64,000 bases of DNA from Sphyrna mokarran (Eukaryota): positions 26,970,001 to 27,034,000 of the forward strand of contig JAGIQG010000015.1 in the NCBI GenBank assembly GCA_024679065.1, written 5' to 3'. The notes below the pieces were generated by a model. That model worked only from the letters and a program-made list of their open reading frames with translations. It was not told the origin of the DNA and did no database searches. Positions 33,100-46,499 of this stretch are shown here, piece after piece (positions within the stretch are counted from its first letter, which is position 1; each line of letters begins with the position of its first letter). The position numbers were made by a program, and so were the translations under genes.

Positions 33100-36000
33100 A
33101 TCTCTCAGGAAAGCCTCGTTTATTCCAGTTCAGATGCCTGCCCGCTATGTGAACAGCTGCCCGCTTACCTTGCAGATGATATGAATCTAAACCCAAATGG
33201 ATTCTGTGTAAGGTAATCACGCATGTAGGTCCACAGCACGAACGCCCTGGCGATTTTGGATTCATTGCTTGATAGATTAGGGTGTTGGGAAGGCTCATGT
33301 AAAGAGGGGAGAAAATGCACGTGTGTACCTCCTTCTCGCTTTCTCGAGTTGCAAACTTTTAAAGCGGCGCATAACTTGTGACCGGAGTTTCGCAGACAGG
33401 CACAAAATAACTGAGCGGAAAGGCTGGGGATTTTATTTTTTCGTGGCGTATTTTGGAGGGGGAATCTCAGCCAAGAGATCTCTTGTTCTTCTTGCAAGAA
33501 AATGTTACTGAATCTTGTGCAGCCCATCTGAGGCAGGCGTTGGGTTTATACATTGCTGAGTGTGGTTGTGAAATAGAGGATTGAAGATCTGAATGCAAGC
33601 CCTGAGCCTGTGTCTTCTGGAGGCAATGAGCGGGGGGAGGGGGGGAGTGGAATGTATTTCCTGGAATCCCTTCCCCCCTATCTTGAGAAGTACAGCACCG
33701 TAAATTTTAAAAAAAGAAACAAGTTTCCGGAATTGTTCTATGGCAATTTACAAATAACTTCGCTACATTTTCAGGGATTTAATCCTCTGTATTCTTTAAT
33801 TGTAATTTGCCAGTGTGCTACAGTAGAGATTCCTGGCTGGACGGGCAATTTCCACAAAACCAGGTTCCCGGGAACGTCACACGTCAGCACCAATTCACAG
33901 TTATGTCAGTGTGGTTCCCATGGAAACCAATATTATATTTTAAAAAATACACACACTATCTTCACATTATACTGCCCCAACTTTCTCGCCAAATGTAATG
34001 ATTACTGCGGCGTGTTACACTGATAACTCCAAAATAAGGAACTAGATCCAACCCATTTGCGCCAAAGCATATTTCTATTTTTTTTATATACATAAATTGC
34101 CACGTTAACCCAAAAATATGCCGACAGGGTAATAACATCATTGCGTAAACTTTCAGTATTTGCTGTCCCTGCGTTGCTGGGTGGCATTCCATCCGGACAA
34201 GTTATTGCAAAATGCGAATGTTTTCTGGTTAGATCAATTCTCTGATTTAAACAAGTTTTCACGCTGCGTGACTTGTCCTCTGAAGTTAAAGAGAAAGTGG
34301 AAATCTGCTAGGGAGAAAGGCACTCTCGATACATATACACAGTAGGGGAACTGATCACAGCTTCAGGGCCATCTAAGGATTGCCAGCTCCTCAACACAGA
34401 ATGGGCCACATTGAACCCCCGCAGGCTCCACTGTCTGGAGAACTGAATGAAGCTCCTTGTCAATGTACCCCCAGCCCCGGGCTGCCTACCGTCTCACAAC
34501 ACCTCCCAGGCTGCAAGTGAAGGCCCCTAACACCCTCCCTCTTCCTCGGGTAAGGAATGGAACAGACTGGGCTGCAAACACGGAATGGCAGTGCTTAACA
34601 CGGGCAATATTGCTTTAAAAGGCTCAATTGCACGAATCCGGCACAGACGCTGGGCAGGCCAGAGAGAGAGGGTGGATTGCCGAGCGTGTGCTGCCTGTTG
34701 CGGTGCATTTCTGTAACATAGGCCTGGGATCCGCGGCTGTCACACAGCTTCAACCTCGCTTTGCACCCTTCAGTGTGAGACTGACAGCGATTTTTTGGCT
34801 GGAATCCTTGGGTTTTGCTGCGTCCGAAAAGGTGGATGTCGCTTTCTCTGTGGCTGAAGGCACGTTTGTGCAAGATAGAGCTGGCAGTACTGATTGAGTG
34901 CTCCCATACACACACACACAGCACAGAACCCTTCGACAATCACAGCCATCAGGATCTGTACAGTATGGACCGCGGTTATCACATTGCTGTGTGCTACCTC
35001 TGTTGCAAATCATGAAAATTAGCACGTGAATAACATAAACTTGTCCTTGCATGTATTGGTTAACCATGTATTAGTTAACACATTTTTAATAATTTGACAC
35101 TCCTGTAGCTTCTCCGGGAACTGACCGTTAGGTACATTGAATTCACTGTAGCAATTTTAGCCAGCTCTGTTATTTGAACATTTATATAGAATGGAATCAC
35201 AGAATCCTTACGCTGCACAGAGGCCATTCGACCCATCGAGCCTGCACCGACAACAACGCCACCCCGCAAACCCCATGTATTTACCCTGCTAATTTCCCTG
35301 TCGCTAAGAGGCAATTTATCATGGTTAATCCACCTAATCTGAACATTTTTTGGAGGCAACCCACTCAGACACGGAGAGAAGATGCAAACTCCACACAGAG
35401 AGGACACGAGACAATTTTCCAAGGCCGGAATTGAACTCCGGTCTCTAATGCTGTGAGGCACAGTGCTAACCACTGTGTCACAGTGCCGCCATATACACAT
35501 ACATACTAGGAAGCATGCACATGTAGGATGCAGTGTTTCGAACTTGTCTCAGCGTCTTTGTTCACCCAGTGCTTCGCACAAAGTAACCTGGCATTCTAAT
35601 AGTACCATCCAGCTTTGTTTCTTTTTATCACTCGCCCATGGCATAAATCTGAGTTACTGCCAGAACGAACTGGGTGATGAAATATGAACGCTTCTCTATC
35701 AAACCTGGAAGAGTCTATTGGTAGTGATAATGGAGGCATATTCTTCCCTTTTATGTTCCAGCTCTCACTGCTTCCAAAGAGAGCGTACATTAGTTTCCAC
35801 CCATACCTCTTTCTCCATCATCATGACATTCTACCCAATATTTCTACCAGTGCGGAGCTGGGCAATGAATGACAAGCCTCACACTGCGTGCCTCTTCTCG
35901 GAGACCAGAAGAATTCAAATAATTTTTTAAAAAAGGTCGACTTTAAACAGTATGATTGCTGGGAGCAGAGGCAGATGATTATAATCGCCAGTAATCTGCT

Positions 36001-37700
36001 TGTGAGGACAAATTCATGAATAACATAGGAATAGAGGTCCCCTGAAGGGTAGAAGGTTTTACTTCAGACGGGCAGCATTGTCGGTGCAGACTTGGAGGGG
36101 CAAAGGTCCTATTCTTGTGTTGTAACTTTCTTTGTTCTCTGATATTTCATGCAGCTTTTGTGTGTGTGTGTGTTTTGCCCATCGCTGGGTCTGTCCACAC
36201 ATACAGCTACACACAGCCCCATCCCTGTGAATGGCCACCTAGTGTCTAGCCGATGAGTGTTGCTAATGCAGGGTTGAACTGAGCACTTCAGGCCATGTCT
36301 AACCGAAGCAAAGCTGCAATCCCACTGACGAACAGAATGAAGCTGAAACGCAGTGTACAGTATTGTTGCGCTGTATCTAACTCCTGGGACCGGAATAAAA
36401 ACTCCCCGAAGACTGTGGTATCCACCCCATTCCCGCCTTTGCATTACGCAAATAATCTGAACAATCAAAAGTAAAACAAAAATTTCTCCAATAATTCCCA
36501 GTAAATCCTACAGCCGTCTAATTCTTCATCATTAATGCCAATGGTTTTGGTTCCGAGAGCATAAACAGATGGATACGATTAATAGGCAATTTAGGAGACG
36601 CGGACAGTTAGGTAGCCAATCTCTTGCAGTATTAATGTGCACCCTACTGGCCAAGTGGCTGTGTAACACAGAGACTCAGAAACAGAACATTATTCCCCCC
36701 CTCTGCAGCCGATTCGTTTCATTCTGAGTACATTAATGCCGTGTTGAACTGCAAAACAAAGTAAGAAGGTACCAAGTCAGTCTGTGTCCTTTCTTGAAAT
36801 AAACCAAGTCCGCGGACACGTCCTTTGCCATTAAGTTTATGACTCGGGGCAGGCGGGGCGGGTTTAAAGTAAGTTGCTGCACTAGCTGGACTAAACACCA
36901 GCCTCCATGTTCGGTAAATCCGATTCTGCCTCATTTATCCCAGTAAGAAGTCTCACAACACTCTTCCTTTATTCCATAACTTGGACAATTCCACCGACTG
37001 AGAAGGTACTGAGAGCAGTGGCGCGCTCTTTCTGACCCACGCACGTATCCTTGTGCGTGTTTAAGTATCCATAAATATAAAATATGTATACACACATATA
37101 ACATATTCTGTTTTTGTTAACTTAAGAAAAAATAATAATCGATGGAAGATGCCCTCCAGGCGGAATGTTCTGTTTTAATCCCCCTAATTATTGTAAATCA
37201 ACAAATTGTCACATCAGCCTTGCTTTAAGCCTGTTTGGTGAAGTTTGTAAGATTAAAAAAAATACACACACAAAAGGAACAGCTCCCTGAATTCAATCCA
37301 AGAGTTGGCGGTGAATGGCATTTACGTTGGGATTGCTCAAGATATTTTATACAGCCGATTAACCACACAATGGGGTGGCACCGTACTCTCGGTGCTGTTT
37401 GGTGCGATTCTATGTGTAATTCCTGGAGATCCCAACACTATTGCCTTCACTCTGACCCTCTGATTACAGCGGACGTGCGGATGTGGAGCTGTTGCTTTCT
37501 AACACTGCTGCTCGCTATAGATAAGGCAGGCTTCCTTTCTGCACAAAATGTTTTCGCTCTTTCTGTCACGAAAGGATTTCGCGACCGTAAATAATCAGGA
37601 GTTATTTTTAGAATCGAGTTAAACAATCGAGGCTTATAGTCTCCCCATAGATGCTCGCGACCGCCAGAGAGAAGGGGCTATTCATTTGCCAGCACAGATG
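33100..37700. promoter_or_regulatory. Second CpG-enriched, repeat-poor block (putative enhancer or alternative promoter)
   Basis: Many CpGs against a CpG-depleted background; X-box at 33914-33927, ACGTCA motifs at 33874 and 33881, GC box GGGGCGGG at 36855-36862. Confidence 0.5.
35192..35490 (-). mobile_element. HE1-like V-SINE
   Basis: Reverse complement head GGCGGCACTGTGACACAGTGGTTAGCAC. Confidence 0.85.
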
Positions 37701-37819
37701 CCATTCAGTTATAATTAGTGTACCCATGTTTAAAGTTCAGCGTATAACCTTCAATTGTTGTCTCCCTTTTGCTATATAATTCTCATTTCAGTGACATGGA
37801 GTAATAGTCCATGGTATCA

Positions 37820-38113
37820 CGCGTGGCACAGTACTATTGCCTCACAGCACCAAAGACCAGGGTTCGATTCCTGGCTTGGGTAAATGTCTGCACAAAACAG
37901 AGTCTGCACCTTCTCTCTGCGCCTGTGTGGGTTTCCTCTAGGTGCTCAGGTTTCCTCCCAGATGGGAGGAGGTGCTGGTTAGGTGCATTGCCCATGCTAA
38001 ATTCTCCATCAGTGTACCCCACTGAGGTGGCGATTAGAAGATTTTCATAGTAACTTCATTGCAGTGTTAATGTAACCTATTTGTGACTCAAAAGTAATAA
38101 ACGTTCAAACTTT
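37820..38113 (+). mobile_element. V-SINE, alternative tail
   Basis: GGTTCGATTCC B-box; TAACTTCATTGCAGTGTTAATGTAA..TTGTGAC tail. Confidence 0.82.
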
Positions 38114-38219
38114 ATCACAAGCAGTTTAAAGTAAGAAAATCATGGTGTTTTGTATTTATGGCAATGCAAAAAATAATGGAATGTAATAAACAGTAACGTT
38201 TATTTGTTTATTCACTTTA

Positions 38220-38680
38220 TTACAGAAAGGATGCTACTGCATTAGAGAGGGTACAGAGGGGATTTACGAGGATGTTGCCAGAACTGAAAAATTGCAGCTA
38301 CATGGAAAGATTGGATAGACTGGGTTTGTTCTCTTTGGAACAGGAGAAGTCTACAGGAGATTTGTTTGAGATGTACAAAATTGTGAAGAGCTTGGATAGT
38401 GTGGGTGGGAATGGCCTGTTTACTATAGCAGAGGTCAGTGACGAGAAGGCATAGATTTAAAGTGATTGTTTAAAGGGTTACATGGGAGATGAGGAAATAT
38501 ATTTTCACCCAGAGGGCAGTAGGGCTCTGAAAATTATTGCCTGGAAAGACAGTAGAGGCAAAACCCCTCAACTCATTTAAAAAGTGCCTGGATATGCACC
38601 TGAAATGTGGTAATCTGCAGGACTGCAACCCACGTTTCAGAGAGTAGGATTCGGCTAGTAGGGAATTTTGATTTGGTGGC
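38220..38680 (+). mobile_element. CR1 3' fragment
   Basis: MLPELKNCSYMERLDRLGLFSLEQ..GDLFEMYKIVK. Confidence 0.85.
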
Positions 38681-39202
38681 CAGATATCCTTAGAAAAACT
38701 GAAGTGTTTCAGAAAATGCAAACTTCACAAAGGTAAATTGACTCAGTTTTAAAAGCATAATACAATTTATTTAAAACTAATTTATTAAAACATAGAAAAA
38801 TCAAACATGGCATACAAAAAGACAGAACAATAACTTTGGTAGAAGGGAGACATTAGATATGTCAGGCAGCACAACAGTACTGGGGCTTTTCTCAAAAGAT
38901 CTTGTTTTTTGTGCCAAAATGCCAGTCAATTATACTGATTTGTTATCTATAGTTCAATCCATTAATTAGCTAAGTGTGATTTCATTTATTATTCAATATG
39001 TCAATCTAATCATGACAGTATTTTAAATCAATTAAAATCTGCCACCTTAAATAATGTTATTTCATTAGTTCATTCTGATTAGCAGAAGTCCACCTCTTGG
39101 CATAGATTGCCTTCTTGTTGCCATAGTATCCAAGAAAACTTACTTTGCTCAAATCATCACTGGCTAAATGCCGAGACTTGGTCCAATGCCAAATGAAGAC
39201 CC

Positions 39203-39390
39203 ATCATAGAATCATAGAGGTTTACAGCATGGAAACGGGCCCTTCAGCCCAACTAGTCTATGCTGTCCTTTTTTTTGAAACACAAAGCTAATCCCAATTG
39301 CCTGCACTTTGTGAATTTCTCTCCATATCCATCTTACCCATGCAACTGTCTAAATGCTTTTTAAAAGACAAAATTGGACCCATATCACTT
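39203..39390 (-). mobile_element. CR1 3' tail fragment
   Basis: CATAGAATCATAG..ACAGCATGGAAACGGGCCCTTCAGCCC. Confidence 0.75.
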
Positions 39391-39939
39391 GGCATCATTC
39401 CAAGCCTGGGCAACTAGAATCATACAAAATGTGTCTTTAAATGTTCCTCCATACAGATATGTTTTTGAATATGCCTGTTTGCATCCGTTGTTTTCTTAAT
39501 GCAAGTTACACAATTTTATATTGAAATGTTGCCGACTTTTGCATTCTTTCATTAATGTTGCTGATTTCATTAGTCACAGTATTGACAAACTGCACATTTT
39601 TGCTTTACAAGCTTAATTAATACAATTCAATGGATTATTTTAATACAACAGATTATTTCAAAATCATTATTATTAATTTCATTTATATAAAGCATATAGA
39701 TCATGATTCAATTTCATTTCAAATCGTTTCACATATAATAGACTATTCACTGTCCTCATGTTGGATGAGATTGATTATGTGTGTGTGTCTCTCTCTCTCT
39801 CCTTTCTGTTAGCTATTAATATCTATTAACCCCTTCTACAGGCTGGGTGGCTCATTTTGCCACTGGCACTGCCAAGGTGGGCCAAGTGACCCCTTGCTGT
39901 GTTGCAAACATTCTACAATTTTATGATTCCAAATAATTA

Positions 39940-41420
39940 CAGGCTGGTCACCCTGACTTGGTGGTGGAAAAGTATGAGAAAAAATTCTGAGGGACAGGAT
40001 ACATTTTCATTCAGGAAGCCATGGAATAGTCAAAGACTATCAGTTTGGATTTATTAAGGGAAGTTTGATCCTGACTAACATGATTAATTTTTTGAGGAGG
40101 GTCAATGAGGGTGGTGCAATTGATGTAGTTTATATGGATTTTAGCAATGCTGTTGATAAGTTCCCTCATGGAAGACTGATCATGAAAGTAAAGGCCCATT
40201 GTGGTGTCTAAAATTGGCTCAGAGACAAGAAGCAAAGGGTTACTGGGTATTTCTGTAACTTGAAGGTTATTTCCACTTGGGTTCCATAGGATTCAGTATT
40301 GGGTCCCTTGCTTTTATGGGGCGTATATCAATAAATGTAAGGGGCATGGTTGCAGATGATACATACTTAATAATGAAGAAGAAAGCTGTAGACTGCAAGA
40401 GGATATCGATGGATGGAAAAGGGAGTATATGAACAGCAGGATACTGGGAAATGCAGAGGAACAGAGGGACCTTGAAGAGAGTGCCTGTCGCTCACTGACG
40501 GTGGCTGGTCAGGTAGACAAGGTGGCCAAGACGGCATATCAAATATATGCCTTTATTTGCCAATAGAATATAAGAGCGGGAAGGCTAAGCTGGAATTGTT
40601 TATTAAAAATAATTGGCCATAGCTGGAATGGGCTTGCAGTTCTGATCATTGCATCAAAGAAAAAAGTGTGAATGCACTTGAGAGGGTACCGAGGAGATTT
40701 ATGGATTGAACAATTTCAGGTGTGAGGAAAGTTTGGGGAGGTTGGCATTGTTTTTTGTGGAACAGAAGAGGTTTAACAGAGAACTATCTGAACTACATAA
40801 ATTTAAGAGGGGTCTAAATTTATTGCCTTTGATTGAAGGGTTTATAACTAGCAGGATGTACCTAAGATAAGACCTAAGAGGTTTAGAGATGATTCAGAGG
40901 AAAATTGTCTTTGAATACAGGGTAGGAGTTTAGGAAGGTATGAAGAGAAATTTCTTCACCCAGGGAGTGGTCAGCCCATGGAATTCGCTACTTCAGGAAG
41001 TAATTGAGACCAAAACATTTATGTTGTCAAGAAGCAGTTAGATGTGGCACTTGAGGTGACGGGAATCAAAGGATATGGGAAAAAGTGGAATCAGGCTGTT
41101 GAGTTGGATGATCAGCCATGATTGTAATGAATGGCAGAGCAGGATCAAAGGATTGAATGGCGTACTCTGGCATATTCCATGTTTTGATGTTTCTATGTCT
41201 TACTCAAAGAGTGGTAAGGATCTGGAATGCTGCCTGATATTATGGTAGAGGCAAAAATCCTTATAACATTGAAAAAGTACTTGGGACACACTTGATGTGC
41301 TGTAATATACAAGGTTATGGACCAAGACCAGGAAAAGAGAATTAGTTTGGAAGGTTCCTTATCATTCCACATGGATGCAATGGACCTGAATGGCTTCCTT
41401 CCGGGCTGGAAATTTCTATA
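39940..41420 (+). mobile_element. Decayed CR1 ORF2/3' end with a second CR1 3' end nested at ~40910-41200
   Basis: GATGTAGTTTATATGGATTTTAGC (RT DVVYMDF); two 3' UTR/tails; TGTCTT repeated at the nest boundaries. Confidence 0.75.
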
Positions 41421-42754
41421 ATTTCTTAAGTAACAAATGAATGGCTTATTTTAAATTGATTCACCTCTCCAAGCAAACTAAAACATCAGACAAACTTTTT
41501 TTTTTGCTTACGAAAAGCTGTTAAGAGATGTGGCTCTGAGTGCTACGTCAGAGTTGCCTTTCTATTTTGGATGTCCCTGCATCAATCATGCCTGACTCAA
41601 GGATATATCCAGTTTGATTAAAAGTAATGCTGCTTCTACTTTGTTCAAAAATATGCCTCAACCTCTTAAAAACACATATCCCACTCCACAAATGTGCCAT
41701 TTTTCTCATACTCCACAACAGGAGTTTTTCTGAGAACAGAAGTAAGTGCTGTGAGCTGCACTGACATTGCTCAGCTTACTTGCAGCCACAGTGCTTAGAG
41801 CCAGAAGACAGAAGAGGCATAAGATGAAAAACACTGGAGTCTGATCTAAATTTGATGTGCCAAATATTTACAAATGAAGCCAAAACCCTTTTAACCGTAT
41901 GTCAAATTCATGATTATGGATGCATGGATACACAGGAAGTAGGAATTACTTTATTTAGCAGAGGGCTTTAGTCATGGGGTCTCAGTTTGGACAGGCTCCG
42001 CCTGTCAACAGATGTATTACCGCTATGCGTTCTTTCGAGAAAATGTTTCCTGTGAACAAGATGGTTACACTGACAATCTTGCTTTACACCAAATCAAAGA
42101 TGATGATATAATTTTGGAGTCAGATCTCAGTACAGCTTTGGAATATGCTGCTGTGGAACCTCACAGGAAACTTGTCTCATTCTACTCAGATTACATATTC
42201 CTGTTTTGTGCCAGGAAGTCCTCCTAATTTATAATCTTGAACATGACTCTTAATGTTTGGAGGAAGACTGTAATAGTGGCCAGAATGTGGTTCACAGGTC
42301 ATGATATTAATCAGGTATTGCCAACTCAGTCATATCTGAGACTGCTAGTCTCACGGTAGCAGCTGCAAGCAAACTAATGAACATTTTTATTGCTTTCCTG
42401 ATGTAATGTGATTTAATATATTTAATTTGTAAAAATAATTTGTGGGCTGGATGTAGCATGTAGAGTGAAACCAGACCTCACAAAAGTGTGTTTTCAGAAA
42501 ACTCATGGCTAGTCACTGTGATAAGGTCTGAAGGAAAAGAAATAATGGGACAGAGCTCCCACTGCCAACTGGGGACATATTTCTTCACAATGATTCAATG
42601 ATCTTATACTGTGAGTACTAAGAAACAAAACTACAGAGCCAAAGCATTCCAAAGGTTTACATTTCAAGATTATGTACTGCCCTGCAGTTAATCACAGTGA
42701 CAACAGCTCAGTATTTGGACAAAGGATGAGGAAAGCTCATTCAATCTTTTGCAG

Positions 42755-43072
42755 GAGGCAATGTCTTCATGGTATTATTGCTAGACTATTAATCCAGAAA
42801 CGCAGCTAATGTTCTGGGGACCCGTGTTCGAATCCCACCAGACCAGATGGTGCAATTAGAATTCAATAAAAAAAAACAGAACTAAGAATCTGCTGATGAC
42901 CATGAAATCATCATCAATTGTCTGAAAAAAACTGTTAGGTGTCCTCTAGGGAAGGAAATCCAGTCTGGTTTACATGTGATTCCAGAGCAGCAGCAATGTA
43001 GTTGACTCTCAACTGCCCTCAGGCAACTAAGGGTGGGCTAGTGACGCACGTAGTCCACGAATGGAAAAAAAA
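42755..43072 (+). mobile_element. tRNA-derived SINE family B
   Basis: TGGTATTATTGCTAGACTATTAATCCAGAAAC..GTTCGAATCCC head; A-rich end. Confidence 0.8.
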
Positions 43073-43619
43073 CAGCAAAATTATCTTTTTTTTTACAAAT
43101 GATTCTTTATGTAATTTTAATTTTGTAGTCTTTTTAGCCACTTAAGTTCAGTGGACAGATAGTTGCAGTCACTTATCCAATGCATTACTTTAGCTCACTA
43201 GACTTTAATTCCTTACATTAAAAAGCAAAATACTGAGTTCCTTTGGCTTCCCTTTTTAAATGAAGTGGCCTCATCTTGTTGCACACTGGGAATTGGAGCT
43301 TGCACAGTTCCAGGTAGGGTCCTTTGATATAAACACCTGCACTGATACAGTTGTAAAATAGAATTGGAAGAAATTGGCCAGGTGGAGTGAAGAGCCTCTT
43401 GATCTGTTCAGGAAAGCAAAGCAATTAAACTGGTGTCGTTTACTGAGTAGAGGTGGACAAAGAAAGGGAAATTCGTGATATGAATCAGCAGTTCTCCATT
43501 TTCATCCAGTGTGTGGATTTTATAATAATAGCTGCAAAATAAATAAATGTATGGAAGCATCAGACTCAGAACCATAGAAAATTACAGCTCAGAAAGAGAC
43601 CTTTCTTAAATGTTAAAAG

Positions 43620-46400
43620 TGACCCTGCATTTACCACTTTGTCCGGCAGCTCATTTCACACTCCCATCACTCTCTGCATGAAGAAGCCCCCCTTAATATT
43701 CCCTTTAAACTTTTCTCCTTTCACCCTTAACCCATGCCCTCTATTTTATTTCCTCCCCTAGCCTCAGTGGAAAAAGCCTGCTTGCATTTACTCTATCTAT
43801 ACCCATCAAAATCTTTTACACCTCTATCAAATCTCCCCTCATTCTTCTTCGCTCCAGAGAATAAAGTCCTAACCCATTCAATCTCTGTAACTCAGCTTCT
43901 CAAGTCCCGGCAACATCCTTGTGAACCTTCACTGCACTCCCTCAACCCTATTTACATCCTTCCTGTAACTAGGTGACCAAAACTGTACACAATACTCCAA
44001 ACTTGGCCTCACCAATGTCTTATACAACCTTACCATAACACTCCAATTTTTATACTCAATACTCCAATTTATAAAGGCCAATGTACCAAAAACACTCTTT
44101 ATGACCCTATCCACCTGTGACATCACTTTTAGGGAATTCTGTACCTGTATTCCCCGATCCCATTGTTCAGCTGGACTCTTCAGAGTCCTACCAATTACCC
44201 TATATGTTCTACTTTGGTTTGTCCTTCCAAAGTGCAATACCTCATGCTTGTCTGCAGTAAATTCCATCTGCCATTTTTCAGCCCATTTTTCTAGTTGGTC
44301 CAAATCCCTCTGCAAGCTTTGAAAACCTTCCTCACTGTCCACTACACCACCAATCTTTGTATCATTAGCAAATTTGCTGATCCAGTTTACCACATTATCA
44401 TCCAGATCATTGATATAGATGAGAACCAAGAATGGACCCAACACCAATCCTTGCAGCACACCACTAGTTACAGGCCTCCATTCAGAGAAGCAATCCTCCA
44501 CAATCACTCTCTGGTTTCTTCCATTGAGCCAGTGTCTAATCCAATTTACCATCTCCCCATGTATACCTAGCAACTGAACCTTCCTAACTAACCTTCCATG
44601 AGGAATCTTGTCAAAGGCTTTGCTGAAATCCAGGTAGACAACATCCATTGCCTTTCCTTCATCCACTTTCCTGGTAACCGCCTCGAAAAATTCCAATAAA
44701 TTGCTCAAACATGACCTACCATGCACAAAGCCATGTTGACTCTCCCTAATAAGTCCCTGTCTATCCAAATGTTTCTAGATCCTATTCCTTATCACACATT
44801 CCAATAACTTGCCCACCACCGATGTCAAACTTCGGTGGCCTATACCGAAGTATAGTCTTATACAAGACTATAATTTCCCAGATTTCTTTTGGAATCTTTT
44901 TTAAACAACGGAACAACATGAGCCACCCTCCAATCATCTGGCATCTCTCCTGTGAATACTGACATTTTAAATATGTCTGCGAGGGCTCCTGCAAGTTCAA
45001 CACTTGCCTCCCTCAAGGTCTGTGGGAATATCCTGTCCAGTCCTGGGGATTTATCCACTCTGATTTGCCTCAAGACAGCCAGTACCTTCTCCCCTTTAAT
45101 CTGTAAAGATTCCATGACCTCCCTACCTGTTTGCCCTATTTCCATAGACTCCATGCCCGTTTCCTCAGTAAATACAGATGCAAAAAAACCATTTACTATC
45201 TCCCCCATCTCTTTTGATTCCATCACAGTCTACCAGTCTGGTCTTCAAGAGGACCAATTTTATCCCTCACTATCCTTTTGCTCCTTACATACCTATAGAA
45301 GCTCTTTGGAATTTCCTTCACTCTGTCTGCCAAAGCAACCTCATGTCTTCTTTTAGCCTTCCTGATTTCCGTCTTAAGTAGCTTCTTGCACTTTTTATAT
45401 TCCTCGAGCATCTGATCTGTTCCTTCCTGTCTATACGTTTCATACAACTCTCTCTTCCTCTTAATCAGTATTACAATCTCCCTCAAGAACAAAGGTTCCT
45501 TATTCCTATTTACTTTGCCTTTAATCCTGACAGGAACATACAAATTCTGCACTCACAAAATTTCTCCTTTGAAGACCTCCCACTTTTCATTTACATCCTT
45601 ACCAGAGAACAGCCTGTGCCAATCACATTGCCCAGATCCCTTCTCATTTCATCAAATTTGGCCTTTTCCAGTTCAGAACTTCAACCTGAGCACCAGATCT
45701 ATCCTTTTCCATGATCAGGTTGAAACTAATGGCATTATGATCACTGGATCCAAAGCGTTCCCTCACACTCACATACATCACCTGCCCTAACTCATTTCCC
45801 AATAGGAGATCCAATATCACATCCTCTCTAGTTGGCACCTCTATATACTGATGTGGAAAATTTTCCTCAATACATTTTACAAACTCTACCCATCTAAACC
45901 TTAACAGTATGCGAGTCCCCATCTATATGTGGAAAATTAAAATCCTCTACTATCATAACTTGTGTTTCTGGCAGTTGTCAGCTATCTCTCTCTGCTGACT
46001 TGTTCCTCCAATTCTCGCTGACTATTGGGTTGTCTATAATATAACCCCATTAATGTAGTCATACCTTTCCTGTTTCTGAGCTCCACCCATAGGGCCTCTG
46101 TAGACAAGCTCTCTAATTTATCCTGCCTGAGTTCTGCTGTAACATTTTCCCTGACCAACAATGCCACCTCCCCACCTTTTATCCCTCTGAAACATCTATC
46201 TCCCTGAAACATTGGAACTCTCGAACATTGATCTGCCAATCCTGCCCCTCCTGTAGCCAAGTTTCACTAATGGTTATAATGTCATATTTCCACGTGTCAA
46301 TCCATGCCTTCAACTCATCTGCCTTCCCCACAATACTCCTGGCATTGAAATAGACACATCTCAAAAGATTATTTTCACCACTCTCAACCTTTCCATTTGT
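43620..46400 (-). pseudogene. CR1 ORF2 remnant (AP endonuclease + reverse transcriptase)
   Basis: CVYFNARSIVGKADEL...ISETWL, GLYYRQPNS, ILDLLL, GSSDHN (endonuclease); KSPGLD, QHGF, DVVYLDFSKAFDKIPH, SGVLQGLVLGP, SKFANDTKIGG (RT; catalytic FADD changed to FAND), RPSLEYCVQFWSP. Confidence 0.93.
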
Positions 46401-46499
46401 GGTTTTGCTTGAACTAATCTGTCTTTTTACTCCTGCTCTACTATCTGCTCTGGCACTCTGGTTCTCATCCCCCTGCAAATCTAGTTTAAACACTCCCCA

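Noticed and set aside
33165-35067. ORFs of 105-137 aa in the upstream CpG block
   Set aside because: No recognisable domain, overlapping on both strands; expected by chance in GC-richer DNA.
43929-44768. 279-aa RT ORF as an active or domesticated gene
   Set aside because: Fragment of frameshifted CR1 ORF2 with the catalytic FADD mutated to FAND.
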